From the NCBI GenBank assembly GCA_050012735.1, contig JBEKGP010000004.1:8918-72917 (forward strand): 64,000 nucleotides of DNA, read 5' to 3'. The notes under the pieces were generated by a model. That model had not been told where the DNA came from, ran no database searches, and was given only the letters and a program-made list of their open reading frames with translations. The translations under genes were made by a program, and so were the position numbers. Source of the stretch: Candidatus Dormibacteria bacterium (GTDB lineage: Bacteria; Chloroflexota; Dormibacteria; Aeolococcales; Aeolococcaceae). This document shows positions 43,576 through 54,203 of the stretch, one piece after another. Within the stretch, counting starts at the first letter, position 1. Every line of letters begins with the position of its first letter.

Positions 43576-44415
43576 ATGACGGTGGCGCGTTGCCTCACCA
43601 TCGCCACCTCGGATTCCGGAGGCGGCGCCGGAATCCAGGCGGATCTCAAGGCGTTCGCGGCCGCCGGCTGCCACGGGATGTCGGCGATCGTGGCCCTCAC
43701 CGCTCAGAGCACGGTGGGGGTGCGGGCCATCCACGAGCTGCCCACCGACTTCATCACCGCCCAGCTAGACTCGGTGGCCGGCGACATCGGGGTGGACGCC
43801 GCCAAGACCGGGATGCTCTTCTCGGCGCCCATCATCGAGGCCGTTGCCGACTGGCTCTCGCGGACGAGCTTCCCGCTGGTCGTCGACCCGGTGATGGTGG
43901 CGTCGTCGGGGGCGGTGCTGCTCCGCGAGGATGCCGTGTCCACGCTGGTGCGCCGCCTCTTCCCGCGGGCCACGGTGATCACCCCCAACCTCCCCGAGGC
44001 GAAGGCGCTGACCGGCCACCACGGCAGCCGCCGAGAGCTGGCCGAGCGTCTCCACGAGATGGGAGCGCCGGCGGTCCTGGTCACCGGCGGCCACGGTGAG
44101 TCGGCGATCGATCACCTTTTCGACGGGCACGAGCACCATGAGATCCCGGTGGTCCGCCACCGCGTCGCCGCCACCCACGGCGCCGGCTGCACCCATTCGG
44201 CCACCCTCTGCGCCCGGCTCGCCCTGGGCGACGACCTGCTCAGCGCGGCCCGGACGGCCGCGCGGGTGGCGGCGGACGCGGTGGCCCACGGCCTCGTCGA
44301 GATCGGTCACGGCGACGGCCCGGTCAGCGTCCTCCACGGCTTTGCCAGTGTCTCCGCGGCGCAGACGGCTCCCTCCTCGGCCCAGGCAGTCCCTCACATC
44401 CCCCACCAGGAGTGA
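43576..44415 (+). CDS. thiD: hydroxymethylpyrimidine/phosphomethylpyrimidine kinase
   Basis: LTIATSDSGGGAGIQADLKAF and DPVMVASSG...ITPNLPEA are ThiD motifs. It lies downstream of the TPP riboswitch. Confidence 0.9.
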   Translation: MTVARCLTIATSDSGGGAGIQADLKAFAAAGCHGMSAIVALTAQSTVGVRAIHELPTDFITAQLDSVAGDIGVDAAKTGMLFSAPIIEAVADWLSRTSFPLVVDPVMVASSGAVLLREDAVSTLVRRLFPRATVITPNLPEAKALTGHHGSRRELAERLHEMGAPAVLVTGGHGESAIDHLFDGHEHHEIPVVRHRVAATHGAGCTHSATLCARLALGDDLLSAARTAARVAADAVAHGLVEIGHGDGPVSVLHGFASVSAAQTAPSSAQAVPHIPHQE

Positions 44416-44420
44416 TCCCC

Positions 44421-45251
44421 ATGCCGACGCCCATCACGCGCCGCTTCTCCCCCGCCACATCGCTCCGCGCGATCCGCACCGAGCACCCGCTCATCCACCA
44501 GATCACCAACTACGTGGTGATGAACGAGACCGCCAACATCACGCTCGCCGTCGGCGCCTCGCCGGTGATGGCGCACGCCCTCGCCGAGGTCGAAGAGATG
44601 GCCGGCTACGCCGGGGCGCTGGTGCTCAACATCGGCACCCTCTCCCCGGAGTGGGTGGACGCCATGGTGCTGGCCGGCCGCGCCGCCAACCACCACGGTG
44701 CCCCGGTGGTCCTCGACCCGGTCGGTGCCGGTGCCACCAGGATGCGCACCGACGCGTGCCGCCGGATCCTCGCGGAGGTGGCGGTCGCGATCGTCCGCGG
44801 CAATGCGGCCGAGGTCTCCGCGCTGATCGGAGAGACGGCGAAGATCCGTGGCGTCGACTCCGTCTCCGCGGGCGACCCGGGAGCGCTGGCGGCCGCGGCG
44901 GCGCGAGCTCTCGGCTGCACGGTGGCGGTCACCGGGGCGGTGGACCACATCGCCGGGCCGGGCGGGAGTGCCGCGATCAGCAACGGCGTCGCCATCCTCG
45001 GCCAGGTCACGGGCACCGGCTGCATGTCGACCGCCCTCTGCGGCTGCTTCGCGGCCGTCAATCGCGACGACCCCCTCCGCGCCGCGACCGAGGCCCTGGC
45101 CGCCTTCGGGGTGGCCGCCGAGCACGCGGCGGTGGGCGCGCGCGGACCCGGCAGCTTCCACGTCAACCTCTACGACTGCGTGGCCGGGCTCGACCCGGAG
45201 ACCCTCGACGCCGAGGTCCACATCGAAGTGACCGGCGCGGCGCCGGCGTGA
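44421..45251 (+). CDS. thiM: hydroxyethylthiazole kinase
   Basis: PLIHQITNYVVMNETANITLAVGASPVMA and LVLNIGTL are ThiM motifs. ATG 44421 has AGGAG 9 nt upstream. GTG 44412 is an alternative start. Confidence 0.9.
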   Translation: MPTPITRRFSPATSLRAIRTEHPLIHQITNYVVMNETANITLAVGASPVMAHALAEVEEMAGYAGALVLNIGTLSPEWVDAMVLAGRAANHHGAPVVLDPVGAGATRMRTDACRRILAEVAVAIVRGNAAEVSALIGETAKIRGVDSVSAGDPGALAAAAARALGCTVAVTGAVDHIAGPGGSAAISNGVAILGQVTGTGCMSTALCGCFAAVNRDDPLRAATEALAAFGVAAEHAAVGARGPGSFHVNLYDCVAGLDPETLDAEVHIEVTGAAPA

Positions 45252-45832
45252 TCCTTCACGCCATCGTGTCCGACGCCGCCACCGCCGGGTGGGCGGCGCG
45301 CAACGGCGCGTCGGTGGTCCAGTTGCGGCTCAAGGAGGTGACCACCGCAGAGCGGGTCCGCGTCGGTCGTGAGGTGATCGCTGCGGCGGGTGATCTGGCC
45401 ATGATCGTCATGAACGACGACGTCGCCGCCGCCGAGGCGCTGGGCGTCACCGTCCACTTGGGCCAGGGCGACCCCGGTGTGGAGCGGGCGAAGCGGGCCG
45501 GCATCAGTCTTGGCCGCTCCGCGGGCACCCCGGAGGAGGCCCGGCGCGCCGAGGCCGAGGGAGCCCTCTACATCGGTGCGGGCGCGGTCTGGGCGACGCC
45601 GAGCAAGACGAACGCGGGACCCGCGATCGGGCTGGACGGCCTCGGTGCGATCTGCGGGGCCGTGGGCATCCCGGTGGTCGCGATCGGCGGCGTGGACGTG
45701 AACAACGCCGCGGATTGCGTCGCCGCTGGCGCCCGGGGTGTGGCCGTGATCCGGGCCGTCACCGAGCTGCCGCGCCTCCGCGCGCTCCTGGAGATCGCCG
45801 TTGCGGACGGCGGGGACGGCCGGACCCGATGA
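45248..45832 (+). CDS. thiE: thiamine-phosphate synthase
   Basis: VQLRLKE, HLGQGD, GRSAGT, YIGAGAVWATPSK, VVAIGGV follow the ThiE pattern. GTG 45248 overlaps the thiM stop. Confidence 0.9.
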   Translation: MILHAIVSDAATAGWAARNGASVVQLRLKEVTTAERVRVGREVIAAAGDLAMIVMNDDVAAAEALGVTVHLGQGDPGVERAKRAGISLGRSAGTPEEARRAEAEGALYIGAGAVWATPSKTNAGPAIGLDGLGAICGAVGIPVVAIGGVDVNNAADCVAAGARGVAVIRAVTELPRLRALLEIAVADGGDGRTR

Positions 45833-45881
45833 GGAGGTTCGGGGGCACCGCGGCGGCCCGGGCGGCACCGGCGGAGACGCG

Positions 45882-47387
45882 ATGACGGAGGCCCTCGAGG
45901 CCCCCGCGCGGCCGGTCGCGCACGCGACCGTGGAGCTGGAGGGGGGCACGGTCCCGGTGCGCGAGGGCGTCTACGGGGTGCGGATCGCCGCGGTGGAGCC
46001 GGGGGGGGTGGAGTACATCGCGGAGGCCGAGCGTCACGGCCGGCCGCTCGGCCTCTTCTGGATGTGGGCGTCGCCCAACCTGGAGTTCGCGACCGTCTAC
46101 GTCGGCGTCCTCCCCGTCGTCCTTTTCGGCGGAGGCTTCTGGCCGACCGCCGTCGCGCTCCTCCTCGGCACCGCTCTCGGATCCGTCTTCCAGGGCCTGC
46201 TTTCGGTCATGGGACCGCGCCTGGGGGTGGCCCAGATGGTGGAGAGCCGGGCGGGCTTCGGCTTCTTCGGCAACCTGCTCCCCGCCGGCCTCCAGGTCCT
46301 CACCGCGGGAGCCGGGTGGGTGGCCGTCAACAGCGTGAGCGGCGCCTTTGCCCTCCAGACCTTCTGCGCCGCGGTGCGGCTGCCGGTGCCCGGCTTTGCC
46401 CTCGCTCTCGGGATCGTCGTCCTCGTCGAGATCCTGGTGGCCTTCGCCGGGTACAACTTCATCCACGCCATCGAGCGCTGGGCATTCCCCTTCCTGGCGG
46501 TGATGTTCGCCGCCTGCACCGCGATCATCTTCCTGCACGCGCGTCCGGGGACCGGGTTCGACGCGGCGGCTGTAGCTGCCGGAGGCGGACCGGTGGGAGC
46601 CTTCATGATCGCTGTCTTCTTCGCCTTCGCCTACGCGGCCAGCTGGAACCCGTACGCCTCCGACTACAGCCGCTATCTGGCCCGGGGCACGAGCCGGCTG
46701 CGGGTCGCGTTCTCCGCCGGGTTGGGGTTGCTCGTCACCTGCGGGGTGCTGGAGGTGGCGGGAGCCGCGTTGGCGACGGTCGCGGGAACGCGGTGGGGGC
46801 TCACCGACATCCCCACCGACCAGTTCGTGAGGCCACTGCCCGAGGTTCTGGGGATCGCCGCGCCCCTGGCCATCTGCGTCGGCGCCGTCTCGGCCAACGC
46901 CATCAACCTCTACAGCAGCGCGATGTCGTTCCTCAGCATGGGCATCCGGGTCACGGCGCGGCTGCGCCGGGCGCTCGCCGCCGCCGGCTTCGGGATCGTC
47001 GGCTTCCTGGTGGGATTCCTGGTCGTGAATACCGGCCAGGTGGGCCCCGGCGGAACCGGTGGCGCATACGAGAACTTCCTCTTCTTCAGCACCTACTGGA
47101 TCGTCGCCTTCCTCGGGGTGGTACTCACCGATTGGGCGATGCGCCAGGGACGGCTGCGCACCTCCCTCCTCTTCGACCGGCGCCATTCGAACTGGAGCGG
47201 CGTGGTCGCCTTCGTGCTCGGCGTCGCCGCCTGCGTGCCGTTCATGAACCAGTCGCTCTACGTCGGCTGGGTGGCCAGCACCTACCCTCAGACCGGGGAC
47301 CTCAGCTTCGCGGTGGGCTTCGTGGTCAGCGCGGCTGCCTACTGGCTGCTGAGCCGGGGCCGGCCCGCGGGCACGAGCTCCAGCTGA
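45882..47387 (+). CDS. NCS1 (purine-cytosine permease) family transporter, probable HMP/thiamine-precursor uptake (CytX-like)
   Basis: Twelve TM segments. FWMWASPNLEFATVYVG and the YSRYL region are typical of CodB/CytX-type permeases. It is the last gene of the riboswitch-controlled thi operon. The substrate is inferred from context. Confidence 0.8.
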   Translation: MTEALEAPARPVAHATVELEGGTVPVREGVYGVRIAAVEPGGVEYIAEAERHGRPLGLFWMWASPNLEFATVYVGVLPVVLFGGGFWPTAVALLLGTALGSVFQGLLSVMGPRLGVAQMVESRAGFGFFGNLLPAGLQVLTAGAGWVAVNSVSGAFALQTFCAAVRLPVPGFALALGIVVLVEILVAFAGYNFIHAIERWAFPFLAVMFAACTAIIFLHARPGTGFDAAAVAAGGGPVGAFMIAVFFAFAYAASWNPYASDYSRYLARGTSRLRVAFSAGLGLLVTCGVLEVAGAALATVAGTRWGLTDIPTDQFVRPLPEVLGIAAPLAICVGAVSANAINLYSSAMSFLSMGIRVTARLRRALAAAGFGIVGFLVGFLVVNTGQVGPGGTGGAYENFLFFSTYWIVAFLGVVLTDWAMRQGRLRTSLLFDRRHSNWSGVVAFVLGVAACVPFMNQSLYVGWVASTYPQTGDLSFAVGFVVSAAAYWLLSRGRPAGTSSS

Positions 47388-47392
47388 GCCGG

Positions 47393-47423
47393 CCCGGGGC
47401 GGTCTCCACGGAGGTCCCCCGGG
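47393..47423 (+). terminator. candidate terminator hairpin after the thi operon
   Basis: CCCGGGG...CCCCGGG outer stem with an inner CTCC/GGAG pairing, starting 6 nt after the stop and followed by TTGG. There is no real U-tract. Confidence 0.35.
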
Positions 47424-47683
47424 TTGGTCGCCCGGTGGGGCAGGCTCCACGGCGGCGGTCAGCCCAGGTGATCTCCAGTTTGACCGGTTCGCCGCTTTCG
47501 GGTTGATCTTGGCCCTCAGCCCCGGCTCTTCCCCTCCGGGCTCACCCCAACGGGTGATAGCCGACGGGCTATGGGAAAGGGTACATTCCCCGGCTTAATG
47601 CTTGGCCCCGGTTGTCGATGCCCTCAAACGGCACGACCGCCGCGGTACCGAGTTCCGATCTCGGCGGATGCAAGGAGGGTGAG

Positions 47684-49573
47684 ATGACGTCGGGGACACC
47701 ACATCTTGGAGGCGCGGCGGCCGGCCGGCATGGGCCCTCGCGGGCGACGCTGGTGATCAGCCTGCTGGCCGTGGCCGCCGCCGCCGCCTGCGGAACCACC
47801 AGCGGCGCATCGACGTCGTCGTCGTCCTCGTCAGCCCTGGCGAGCAGCCAGGTGCTGAAATTCCCGGTCTTTCAGAACCCCGGAACGTGGGACCCGGGCG
47901 AGGCGGACGCCGAGGTCGACACCGAGTTCATGCAGAACGTGTTCGACAACCTCTGGCGCTTCGACGACAGCCTCAACATCGTGCCCGACATCGCGACCGC
48001 GGTCCCGACCGCGGCCAACGGCGGGGTCTCCAGCGATGGCCTGACCTACACCGTGCACCTCAACCCGAACGCCACCTTCGACAACGGCGACAAGGTGACC
48101 GCTGAGGACGTCCTCTACTCCTGGGACCGGGCCGTCGCCCTCCAGGGCCCGTACTCCTCCAACCTCTCGGCGATCGCCGGCTACGCCGCCGTGCAGACGG
48201 CCTCCGGCTCGCCTCCCGCGAGCACCACGGGCAGCCCGCTGAACTTCCAGCAGAGCATCGAGAACGGGCTCTGGGGCTGCTTCCGGGGCAACGGCACGGC
48301 CGGTGCCACCTGCAACTCGAGCCTGGAGATGAGCGGTCTCACGGCGCCCGACGGGCTCACCGGTGAGACCGTCCAGATCAAGCTCGCCAGTGCCTGCGGC
48401 TGGTGCCTCGCGGCCTGGACCCTGGAGGGGACCACCGGGGCCATCGTGGACGAGAACGTCATCCACAACGATCCCGTCAACTGGTGGACCGAGCCCAGCG
48501 GCAAGACCGACGGCATGGTGGGCACGGGGGCCTACTACCTCGCATCCTTCACCCCCAAGCAGTCGATGGTCTTCAAGGCGGTGAAGAACTGGTGGGGCTC
48601 GCCCAAGCCGACCGTCACCGAAGTCGACGTCGACATCAAGGACCCCTCGGCCCTGGCCACGACCGTGGCAGCCTGGAAGCAGGGGAGCTACGGCATCGTC
48701 GGGTACGGCGGCGACAGCGGCAACCTGGACTACCCGACCATCGAGAGCATCAAGAGCTCGTCCTACGCCAAGGACCTGCTGACTCAGCCCAAGGGTCGGA
48801 CCACGTGGCTGAGCTTCAACATCGGGTACACGAAGACCGGCGGCCCGTTCGTCGGGGAGTCGGCGGCGGCGGTGGGGCTGCGCAAGGCCTTCGACCTGGC
48901 CATCAACAAGACCGGCCTGGCCACCACCGTGTGCCATGACCTGCTCTGCACCGCGGCGACCGGGGGCCTGATCACCAAGGGGTTGATCGGGAACCTCGGT
49001 GACAACCAGGATCCGCTGGCCCAGTACAACCCCACCGAGGCCAAGCAGCTGCTCAAGGAGTACGACCCGACAGGGACGCTGACCGCCAACCTCACGTACT
49101 CGTACAACACCGGGGGGCTCAACGACCCGGTGGCCGAGTACATCCAGAACGACTGGCAGACCAACCTCGGCGTCCACGTCAACCTGAACCCGGTCGGGGA
49201 TGCCTCTCAGTTCATCTCCAACCGCCTGGGCGGCCAGTACATGATGTCGCGTGACGGCTGGCAGTTCGACTACAACAACCCCCAGGACTGGTACGCGAAC
49301 CTTTGGGGCTCCTTCGCCACTGCCGCAGGGGCGAACACCAGCGGCTTCGACGACCCGACCTACGACAGCATCCTCAACCAGGCCGACGCGGAGCCGATCT
49401 CTCAGTCGCTCCCGCTCTACAACCAGCTCGCCACCATCCTGCAGCAGGATGTGGCCTACATCCCCCTCTACTACTCGGTCGGAAACTTCCTGATCCAGCC
49501 CTGGGTCAAGGGAGCCGGTTCGAACACCGGGTTCGACTACTACTGGGACCAGATCTCGATCCTCTCCCACTGA
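47684..49573 (+). CDS. ABC transporter substrate-binding lipoprotein, family 5
   Basis: AGGAGG SD before ATG 47684, lipobox AAAAACG followed by a Ser-rich linker, and family-5 SBP motifs (YTVHLNPNATFDNGDKVTAEDVLYSW). Confidence 0.9.
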   Translation: MTSGTPHLGGAAAGRHGPSRATLVISLLAVAAAAACGTTSGASTSSSSSSALASSQVLKFPVFQNPGTWDPGEADAEVDTEFMQNVFDNLWRFDDSLNIVPDIATAVPTAANGGVSSDGLTYTVHLNPNATFDNGDKVTAEDVLYSWDRAVALQGPYSSNLSAIAGYAAVQTASGSPPASTTGSPLNFQQSIENGLWGCFRGNGTAGATCNSSLEMSGLTAPDGLTGETVQIKLASACGWCLAAWTLEGTTGAIVDENVIHNDPVNWWTEPSGKTDGMVGTGAYYLASFTPKQSMVFKAVKNWWGSPKPTVTEVDVDIKDPSALATTVAAWKQGSYGIVGYGGDSGNLDYPTIESIKSSSYAKDLLTQPKGRTTWLSFNIGYTKTGGPFVGESAAAVGLRKAFDLAINKTGLATTVCHDLLCTAATGGLITKGLIGNLGDNQDPLAQYNPTEAKQLLKEYDPTGTLTANLTYSYNTGGLNDPVAEYIQNDWQTNLGVHVNLNPVGDASQFISNRLGGQYMMSRDGWQFDYNNPQDWYANLWGSFATAAGANTSGFDDPTYDSILNQADAEPISQSLPLYNQLATILQQDVAYIPLYYSVGNFLIQPWVKGAGSNTGFDYYWDQISILSH

Positions 49574-49656
49574 GAGTGTCAAGCAGAAGCTGAACTCGGG
49601 ACGCCCGGCGCGCGAGCCGGGCGTCCCGCTCCATACCCGGGGAGGGCGCACCCAAG

Positions 49657-50610
49657 GTGACCAGGGGGACGCTGATCTACATCGCCCAGCGGTTGGCGAT
49701 CATCGCGCTGACCCTGCTGGTCGTGTCCTTCGTCGTCTTCGTGGTGGTTCACGCCCTCCCCGGCAACGCCTTCATCAGCCAGCGGGTGCACGGCAGGTCG
49801 CTGCAGCTCCTCCTCCATGAGTACGGGCTAGACCAGCCGGTGCTGATCCAGTACTGGAACTTCCTCAAGGGGGCGATCCATGGCAACCTCGGGGTCTCCC
49901 TCTACATCCGTGGCGAGCAGGTCACCCCGCTCGTGCTCCGCGAGCTGAGCGTCAGCTGCGAGCTCGGGGGAGCCGCCCTGATCGTCACCATCGGCCTGGG
50001 CATGACCTTCGGTGTCCTCGCCGCCATCCGGCAGAACACCTGGGTCGACTACCTCCTCACCACCCTCGCGGTGGTCGGCTACACGGTGCCGAGCTTCGTT
50101 ATCGCCGGGCTGGGGATCATGATCTTCGCCAACTTCCTGGGCAGCGTGACCGGAGGCGCCATTGCCTACTCGCCGGTGTGGACCGGCACCTACGGCACCA
50201 TCGGTGAGCTCTGGCTGCCGGCCCTCTCGATCGGGCTCTACACCTCCGGTCAGATCACCCGCATCACACGTGCCAGCATGCTCGAGGTCATCCAGCAAGA
50301 CTACATCCGCACCGCCCGCGCCAAGGGCCTGCGCGAGTGGGTCGTCACGCTCCGACACGCGCTGCGCAATGCCCTGGTCCCGGTGATCAGCATTCTGGGC
50401 ACCACCGTGGTCGGCATCCTGGTCGGCGTGCTGGTCATCGAGAACATCTTCGGCATCCCCGGCCTGGGCAAGGAGTTTGTGGAGAGCATCCTCCAGCACG
50501 ACTACAACGTGACCGTCGGCGTCTTCACCATCTTCGCTCTCCTGATCGGCCTGTCGAACCTGGCGGTCGACCTCATCTACACGGTCATCGACCCGAGGAT
50601 CAGGTACTGA
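49657..50610 (+). CDS. ABC transporter permease (DppB-like)
   Basis: YIAQRLAIIALTLLVVSFVVFVVVHALPG and DYIRTARAKGL EAA motif. GTG start. Confidence 0.9.
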   Translation: MTRGTLIYIAQRLAIIALTLLVVSFVVFVVVHALPGNAFISQRVHGRSLQLLLHEYGLDQPVLIQYWNFLKGAIHGNLGVSLYIRGEQVTPLVLRELSVSCELGGAALIVTIGLGMTFGVLAAIRQNTWVDYLLTTLAVVGYTVPSFVIAGLGIMIFANFLGSVTGGAIAYSPVWTGTYGTIGELWLPALSIGLYTSGQITRITRASMLEVIQQDYIRTARAKGLREWVVTLRHALRNALVPVISILGTTVVGILVGVLVIENIFGIPGLGKEFVESILQHDYNVTVGVFTIFALLIGLSNLAVDLIYTVIDPRIRY

Positions 50611-51521
50611 TGGCCGGCCCCACGACCCCGTGGCTGGTGGAGTACGAAGGGGGCACGCTTGCCCGCCAGCAGGTCGGCCTCTGGCGGGACGGGCTGCGCC
50701 GGCTGCGCCGCAACCGGCTGGCCCTGGCCGCGGTGATCTACCTCGGCCTGCTCGCCTGCGTCTGCGTGGTGTCGCTGTTCTGGACCCCGTACAACCCCAA
50801 CCTGGTGGGCGCCTGTCCCACCTACGCCCTCCCCGGCACGCCCGGCCATCCGCTCGGCTGCGACGACCTGGGTCGCGACCTGCTCAGCCGGTTGATGGTC
50901 GGCTCGCAGGTCTCGCTCGCAGTGGGTCTGATCACGGCGGCCATCGTCGTGGTGCTGGGAGTCAGTGTCGGCCTCCTCATCGGCTACGTGCGGGGCGTCG
51001 TCGACGCCGCGTTCGCGCTGGTCATCAACGTCTTCTACGGCGTCCCCCCATTGATGATCGCCATCGTCCTCTACGTGCTGCTGGGCCCCGGGCTGATCAA
51101 CATCATCATCGCCATCGCCGCCAGCTCCTGGATGGACATGGCCCGCCTGGTCAGGGGCCAGACCATGAGCATTCGCGAGCGCGAGTTCATCGAGGCGGCC
51201 CGCGCCGGGGGCGCCCGCACCGGCAAGATCCTCTTCGGCCACATCTTCCCCAACGCCCTGGGACCGATCATCGTGCAGACCACCTACGTCGTCCCCGCCG
51301 CCATCCTCACCTCCGCGTTCTTCAGCTTCCTGGGCTTCGGGGTCCCCGCCCCGCAGGCGGACTGGGGAGGCATGGCCAGCGAGGGCTTCTCTCCGCTGCT
51401 CGCCGGGTTCGATCCCTACATCCTGCTCTGGCCCGCGATCGCGCTCTCGGTCACACTGCTTGCCTTCAACTTCTTCGGCGACGGCCTGCGCGACGCCTTC
51501 GACCCGAGGCAGCGACGCTGA
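50610..51521 (+). CDS. ABC transporter permease (DppC-like)
   Basis: HPLGCDDLGRDLLSRLMVG and EFIEAARAGGA motifs. ATG 50610 overlaps the previous stop. Confidence 0.9.
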   Translation: MAGPTTPWLVEYEGGTLARQQVGLWRDGLRRLRRNRLALAAVIYLGLLACVCVVSLFWTPYNPNLVGACPTYALPGTPGHPLGCDDLGRDLLSRLMVGSQVSLAVGLITAAIVVVLGVSVGLLIGYVRGVVDAAFALVINVFYGVPPLMIAIVLYVLLGPGLINIIIAIAASSWMDMARLVRGQTMSIREREFIEAARAGGARTGKILFGHIFPNALGPIIVQTTYVVPAAILTSAFFSFLGFGVPAPQADWGGMASEGFSPLLAGFDPYILLWPAIALSVTLLAFNFFGDGLRDAFDPRQRR

Positions 51522-52651
51522 TGACAGAATCCATGAGCGACCCGGTGCTCGAGGTGAGGGGGCTCTCCACGTCGTTCTTCACCGACGACGGTGAGGTCAA
51601 AGCGGTCCGCGATGTCAGCTTCGACCTGGCTGCGGGGGAGACCCTCGGCATCGTCGGTGAGTCAGGGTGCGGCAAGAGCGTCACCGCCCTCTCCATCCTC
51701 GGCCTGGTGTCGCGGCCGGGACGGGTGGTCGCCGGTGAGATCCTCTTCAAGGGCCGAGACCTGCTGCACATCGACCGGGAGGAGCTGCGCCAGATCCGAG
51801 GCGGCGACATCGCCATGATCTTCCAGGACCCGCTCAGCTCGCTCAACCCGGTGCACCGCATCGGCGCTCAGATCGAGGAGGCGATGCGGGCGCACGACAA
51901 GATCGCGCCTCGTGAGGTGAGGCCTCGCGGCCTCGACCTGCTGCGGCAGGTGCACGTGCCCGACGCAGCCCGGCGCGTGCGCGACTACCCGCACCAGTTC
52001 TCGGGCGGGATGCGCCAGCGGGTCATGATCGCCATGGGCCTCTCCAACCGGCCCGAGATCCTGATCGCGGACGAGCCCACCACCGCCCTCGACGTGACCG
52101 TGCAGGCCCAGATCCTCCAGCTCCTGCGCGATCTCAACCGCGACCTGGGCACCTCGATCATCCTCATCACCCACAACCTGGGGGTGGTCGCCGGGCTCTG
52201 CAAGCGGGTCATCGTCATGTATGCGGGCGAGATCGTGGAGGAGGGATCCACCGAGCAGATCTTCGACTCCCCGCAGCACCCCTACACCTGGTCGCTGCTC
52301 CGATCCCTGCCACGGGTCGATGCCGACCGGCACGAGCGGCTCCGGTCCATCGAGGGGCTGCCACCGGACCTGATCGCACCACCTCCGGGCTGCAAGTTCA
52401 ATCCGCGCTGCCCGTTCCGCCTCGAGCGCTGCTTCAGTGAGGATCCCGAGCTGATGCCGGTGGGCGATGGCCATGTCGCCGCATGCTGGGTGACCATGAA
52501 ACGCGCGTATGCGGAGATGGGGGCGGGCTCGCTGGTCGACACCGGCCCCGGCGCCGCCAGCGGGACGCGCCCACTCATCGAACCGGAGGCTCCGGGTCCC
52601 TCCGGGACCGATGGCCACGGTCTCGAGCCGGAGACACAGGACCGTGGCTAG
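51521..52651 (+). CDS. ABC transporter ATP-binding protein (DppD-like)
   Basis: [33 protein letters not shown] 51521 overlaps the previous stop. There is a roughly 45-aa low-complexity C-terminal tail. Confidence 0.9.
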   Translation: MTESMSDPVLEVRGLSTSFFTDDGEVKAVRDVSFDLAAGETLGIVGESGCGKSVTALSILGLVSRPGRVVAGEILFKGRDLLHIDREELRQIRGGDIAMIFQDPLSSLNPVHRIGAQIEEAMRAHDKIAPREVRPRGLDLLRQVHVPDAARRVRDYPHQFSGGMRQRVMIAMGLSNRPEILIADEPTTALDVTVQAQILQLLRDLNRDLGTSIILITHNLGVVAGLCKRVIVMYAGEIVEEGSTEQIFDSPQHPYTWSLLRSLPRVDADRHERLRSIEGLPPDLIAPPPGCKFNPRCPFRLERCFSEDPELMPVGDGHVAACWVTMKRAYAEMGAGSLVDTGPGAASGTRPLIEPEAPGPSGTDGHGLEPETQDRG

Positions 52652-53678
52652 CGCACTCCCCGCGCCGACGCCGGAGGGCACGCGTCCCGAGCCGTCCGGG
52701 GAACCCCTGCTGCGCGTCGACGACGTGGTCAAGCACTTCAACGTCGGGGTCGGCGCCGTCTGCCGGGCCGTCGACGGCGTCAGCTTCGAGATCCAGGCCG
52801 GAGAGACCGTGGGGCTGGTCGGTGAGTCCGGATGCGGGAAGTCGACGCTCGCCCGGGTGCTCACCCAGCTCACCCCGCCAACCTCGGGCCGGGTGGTCTT
52901 CGACGGCGTCGAGCTCACCGGGCTGCGCGGTGAGAGCCTGCGCCAGCAGCGCAAGCATCTCCAGATGATCTTCCAGGATCCCTTCGCCTCGCTCGATCCC
53001 CGGATGACGATCGGCGACATCATCGCCGAGCCGCTCACCAACTTCAAGGTCATGCACGGCAAGGCCAAGGACGTCCGGGTCCAGGAGCTGCTGCGGGTCG
53101 TGGGGCTGAACCCCTACTTCAACAACCGTTACCCGCACGAGTTCAGCGGCGGCCAGCGCCAGCGTATCGGCATCGCCCGGGCCCTGGCTCTCAACCCCAA
53201 GCTGATCGTCTGTGACGAGCCGGTGTCCGCCCTCGACGTCTCGATCCAGGCTCAGATCATCAATCTGCTCGAGGACCTGCAGGCCGAGTTCCACCTGACC
53301 TATCTCTTCATCGCCCACGACCTCTCGGTGGTGCGCCACATCAGTCAGCGGGTGCTGGTGATGTATCTGGGGAAGATCGTCGAGATCGCACCCAGCGACG
53401 ACCTCTACGACCACCAGTACCACCCCTACACCAGGGCCCTTCTCTCGGCCGTCCCGGTGCCCGACCCGCGGGTGGAGTCGCAGCGCCGGCTGGTGGAGCT
53501 CTCCGGCGAGATCCCCTCCCCCCTGCATCCCCCTTCGGGCTGTCGCTTCCACACCCGATGCCCGATCGCCCAGGTTCCGGGGGTGTGCAGCGAGGAGGAG
53601 CCACCACTCGAGGAGAAGGCGGTCGGACATTTCGCCGCCTGCCATCTGTCGGAGCGGGTCAGAACGGACCTGGCCTGA
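52611..53678 (+). CDS. ABC transporter ATP-binding protein (DppF-like)
   Basis: [30 protein letters not shown]. The start is uncertain (ATG 52611 or GTG 52644). Confidence 0.85.
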   Translation: MATVSSRRHRTVASALPAPTPEGTRPEPSGEPLLRVDDVVKHFNVGVGAVCRAVDGVSFEIQAGETVGLVGESGCGKSTLARVLTQLTPPTSGRVVFDGVELTGLRGESLRQQRKHLQMIFQDPFASLDPRMTIGDIIAEPLTNFKVMHGKAKDVRVQELLRVVGLNPYFNNRYPHEFSGGQRQRIGIARALALNPKLIVCDEPVSALDVSIQAQIINLLEDLQAEFHLTYLFIAHDLSVVRHISQRVLVMYLGKIVEIAPSDDLYDHQYHPYTRALLSAVPVPDPRVESQRRLVELSGEIPSPLHPPSGCRFHTRCPIAQVPGVCSEEEPPLEEKAVGHFAACHLSERVRTDLA

Positions 53679-53722
53679 CCGAGCCACCCCGCGGCCGCCC
53701 CTCCGCCGTACAGTAATCGGGG

Positions 53723-54133
53723 ATGGCTCATGAGGACGCGCTCGATTTCATTCGCAACAACGGTCGTGGCGTGCTCGCCACCCGCCGTCGCGACGGCGGG
53801 GTCCAGATGTCTCCCGTGGTGGCTGCGGTCGACGCAGAGAACCGGGTGGTGATCTCCACCCGGGAGGGCGCGATGAAGACCCTCAACCTGCGGCGCGACC
53901 CCCACGCCACCCTCTGTTCCTTCACCGATCGCTTCTTTGGGGCGTGGCGCACCGTCGAGGGCACGGTCGAGATCCTCAGCCTTCCCGAGGCGCTGGAGCC
54001 GCTCGTCGACTACTACCGGCTGACCTCGGGAGAGCACCCCGACTGGGAGGACTACCGCCTCGCGATGCTTCGCGAGCGCCGGGTGCTGGTCCGCCTGACG
54101 GTGGAGCGCAGCGGCCCCATCCGGACGGGCTGA
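53723..54133 (+). CDS. pyridoxamine 5'-phosphate oxidase family protein (PPOX-class, probably F420-dependent)
   Basis: A 136-aa split-barrel pattern: GVLATRRRDGGVQMSPV..........VISTREGAMKTLNLRRDPHATL. The F420 dependence is inferred from resemblance to the actinobacterial PPOX class. Confidence 0.75.
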   Translation: MAHEDALDFIRNNGRGVLATRRRDGGVQMSPVVAAVDAENRVVISTREGAMKTLNLRRDPHATLCSFTDRFFGAWRTVEGTVEILSLPEALEPLVDYYRLTSGEHPDWEDYRLAMLRERRVLVRLTVERSGPIRTG

Positions 54134-54203
54134 CCCGGGGGGAAGGCTTCGCGACGGGTGAGCCGCGCTGGAGGGGGCCCCGACCCGGCAGACGGCCCCG
54201 ACC

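Noticed and set aside
47388-47683. A NikR-type operator or metal riboswitch upstream of the second Dpp/Nik-like ABC operon.
   Set aside because: I found no GTATGA-N16-TCATAC-like palindrome or recognisable riboswitch core. There is only a short hairpin (ATAGCC-GACG-GGCTAT) and a terminator-like stem after the thi operon.
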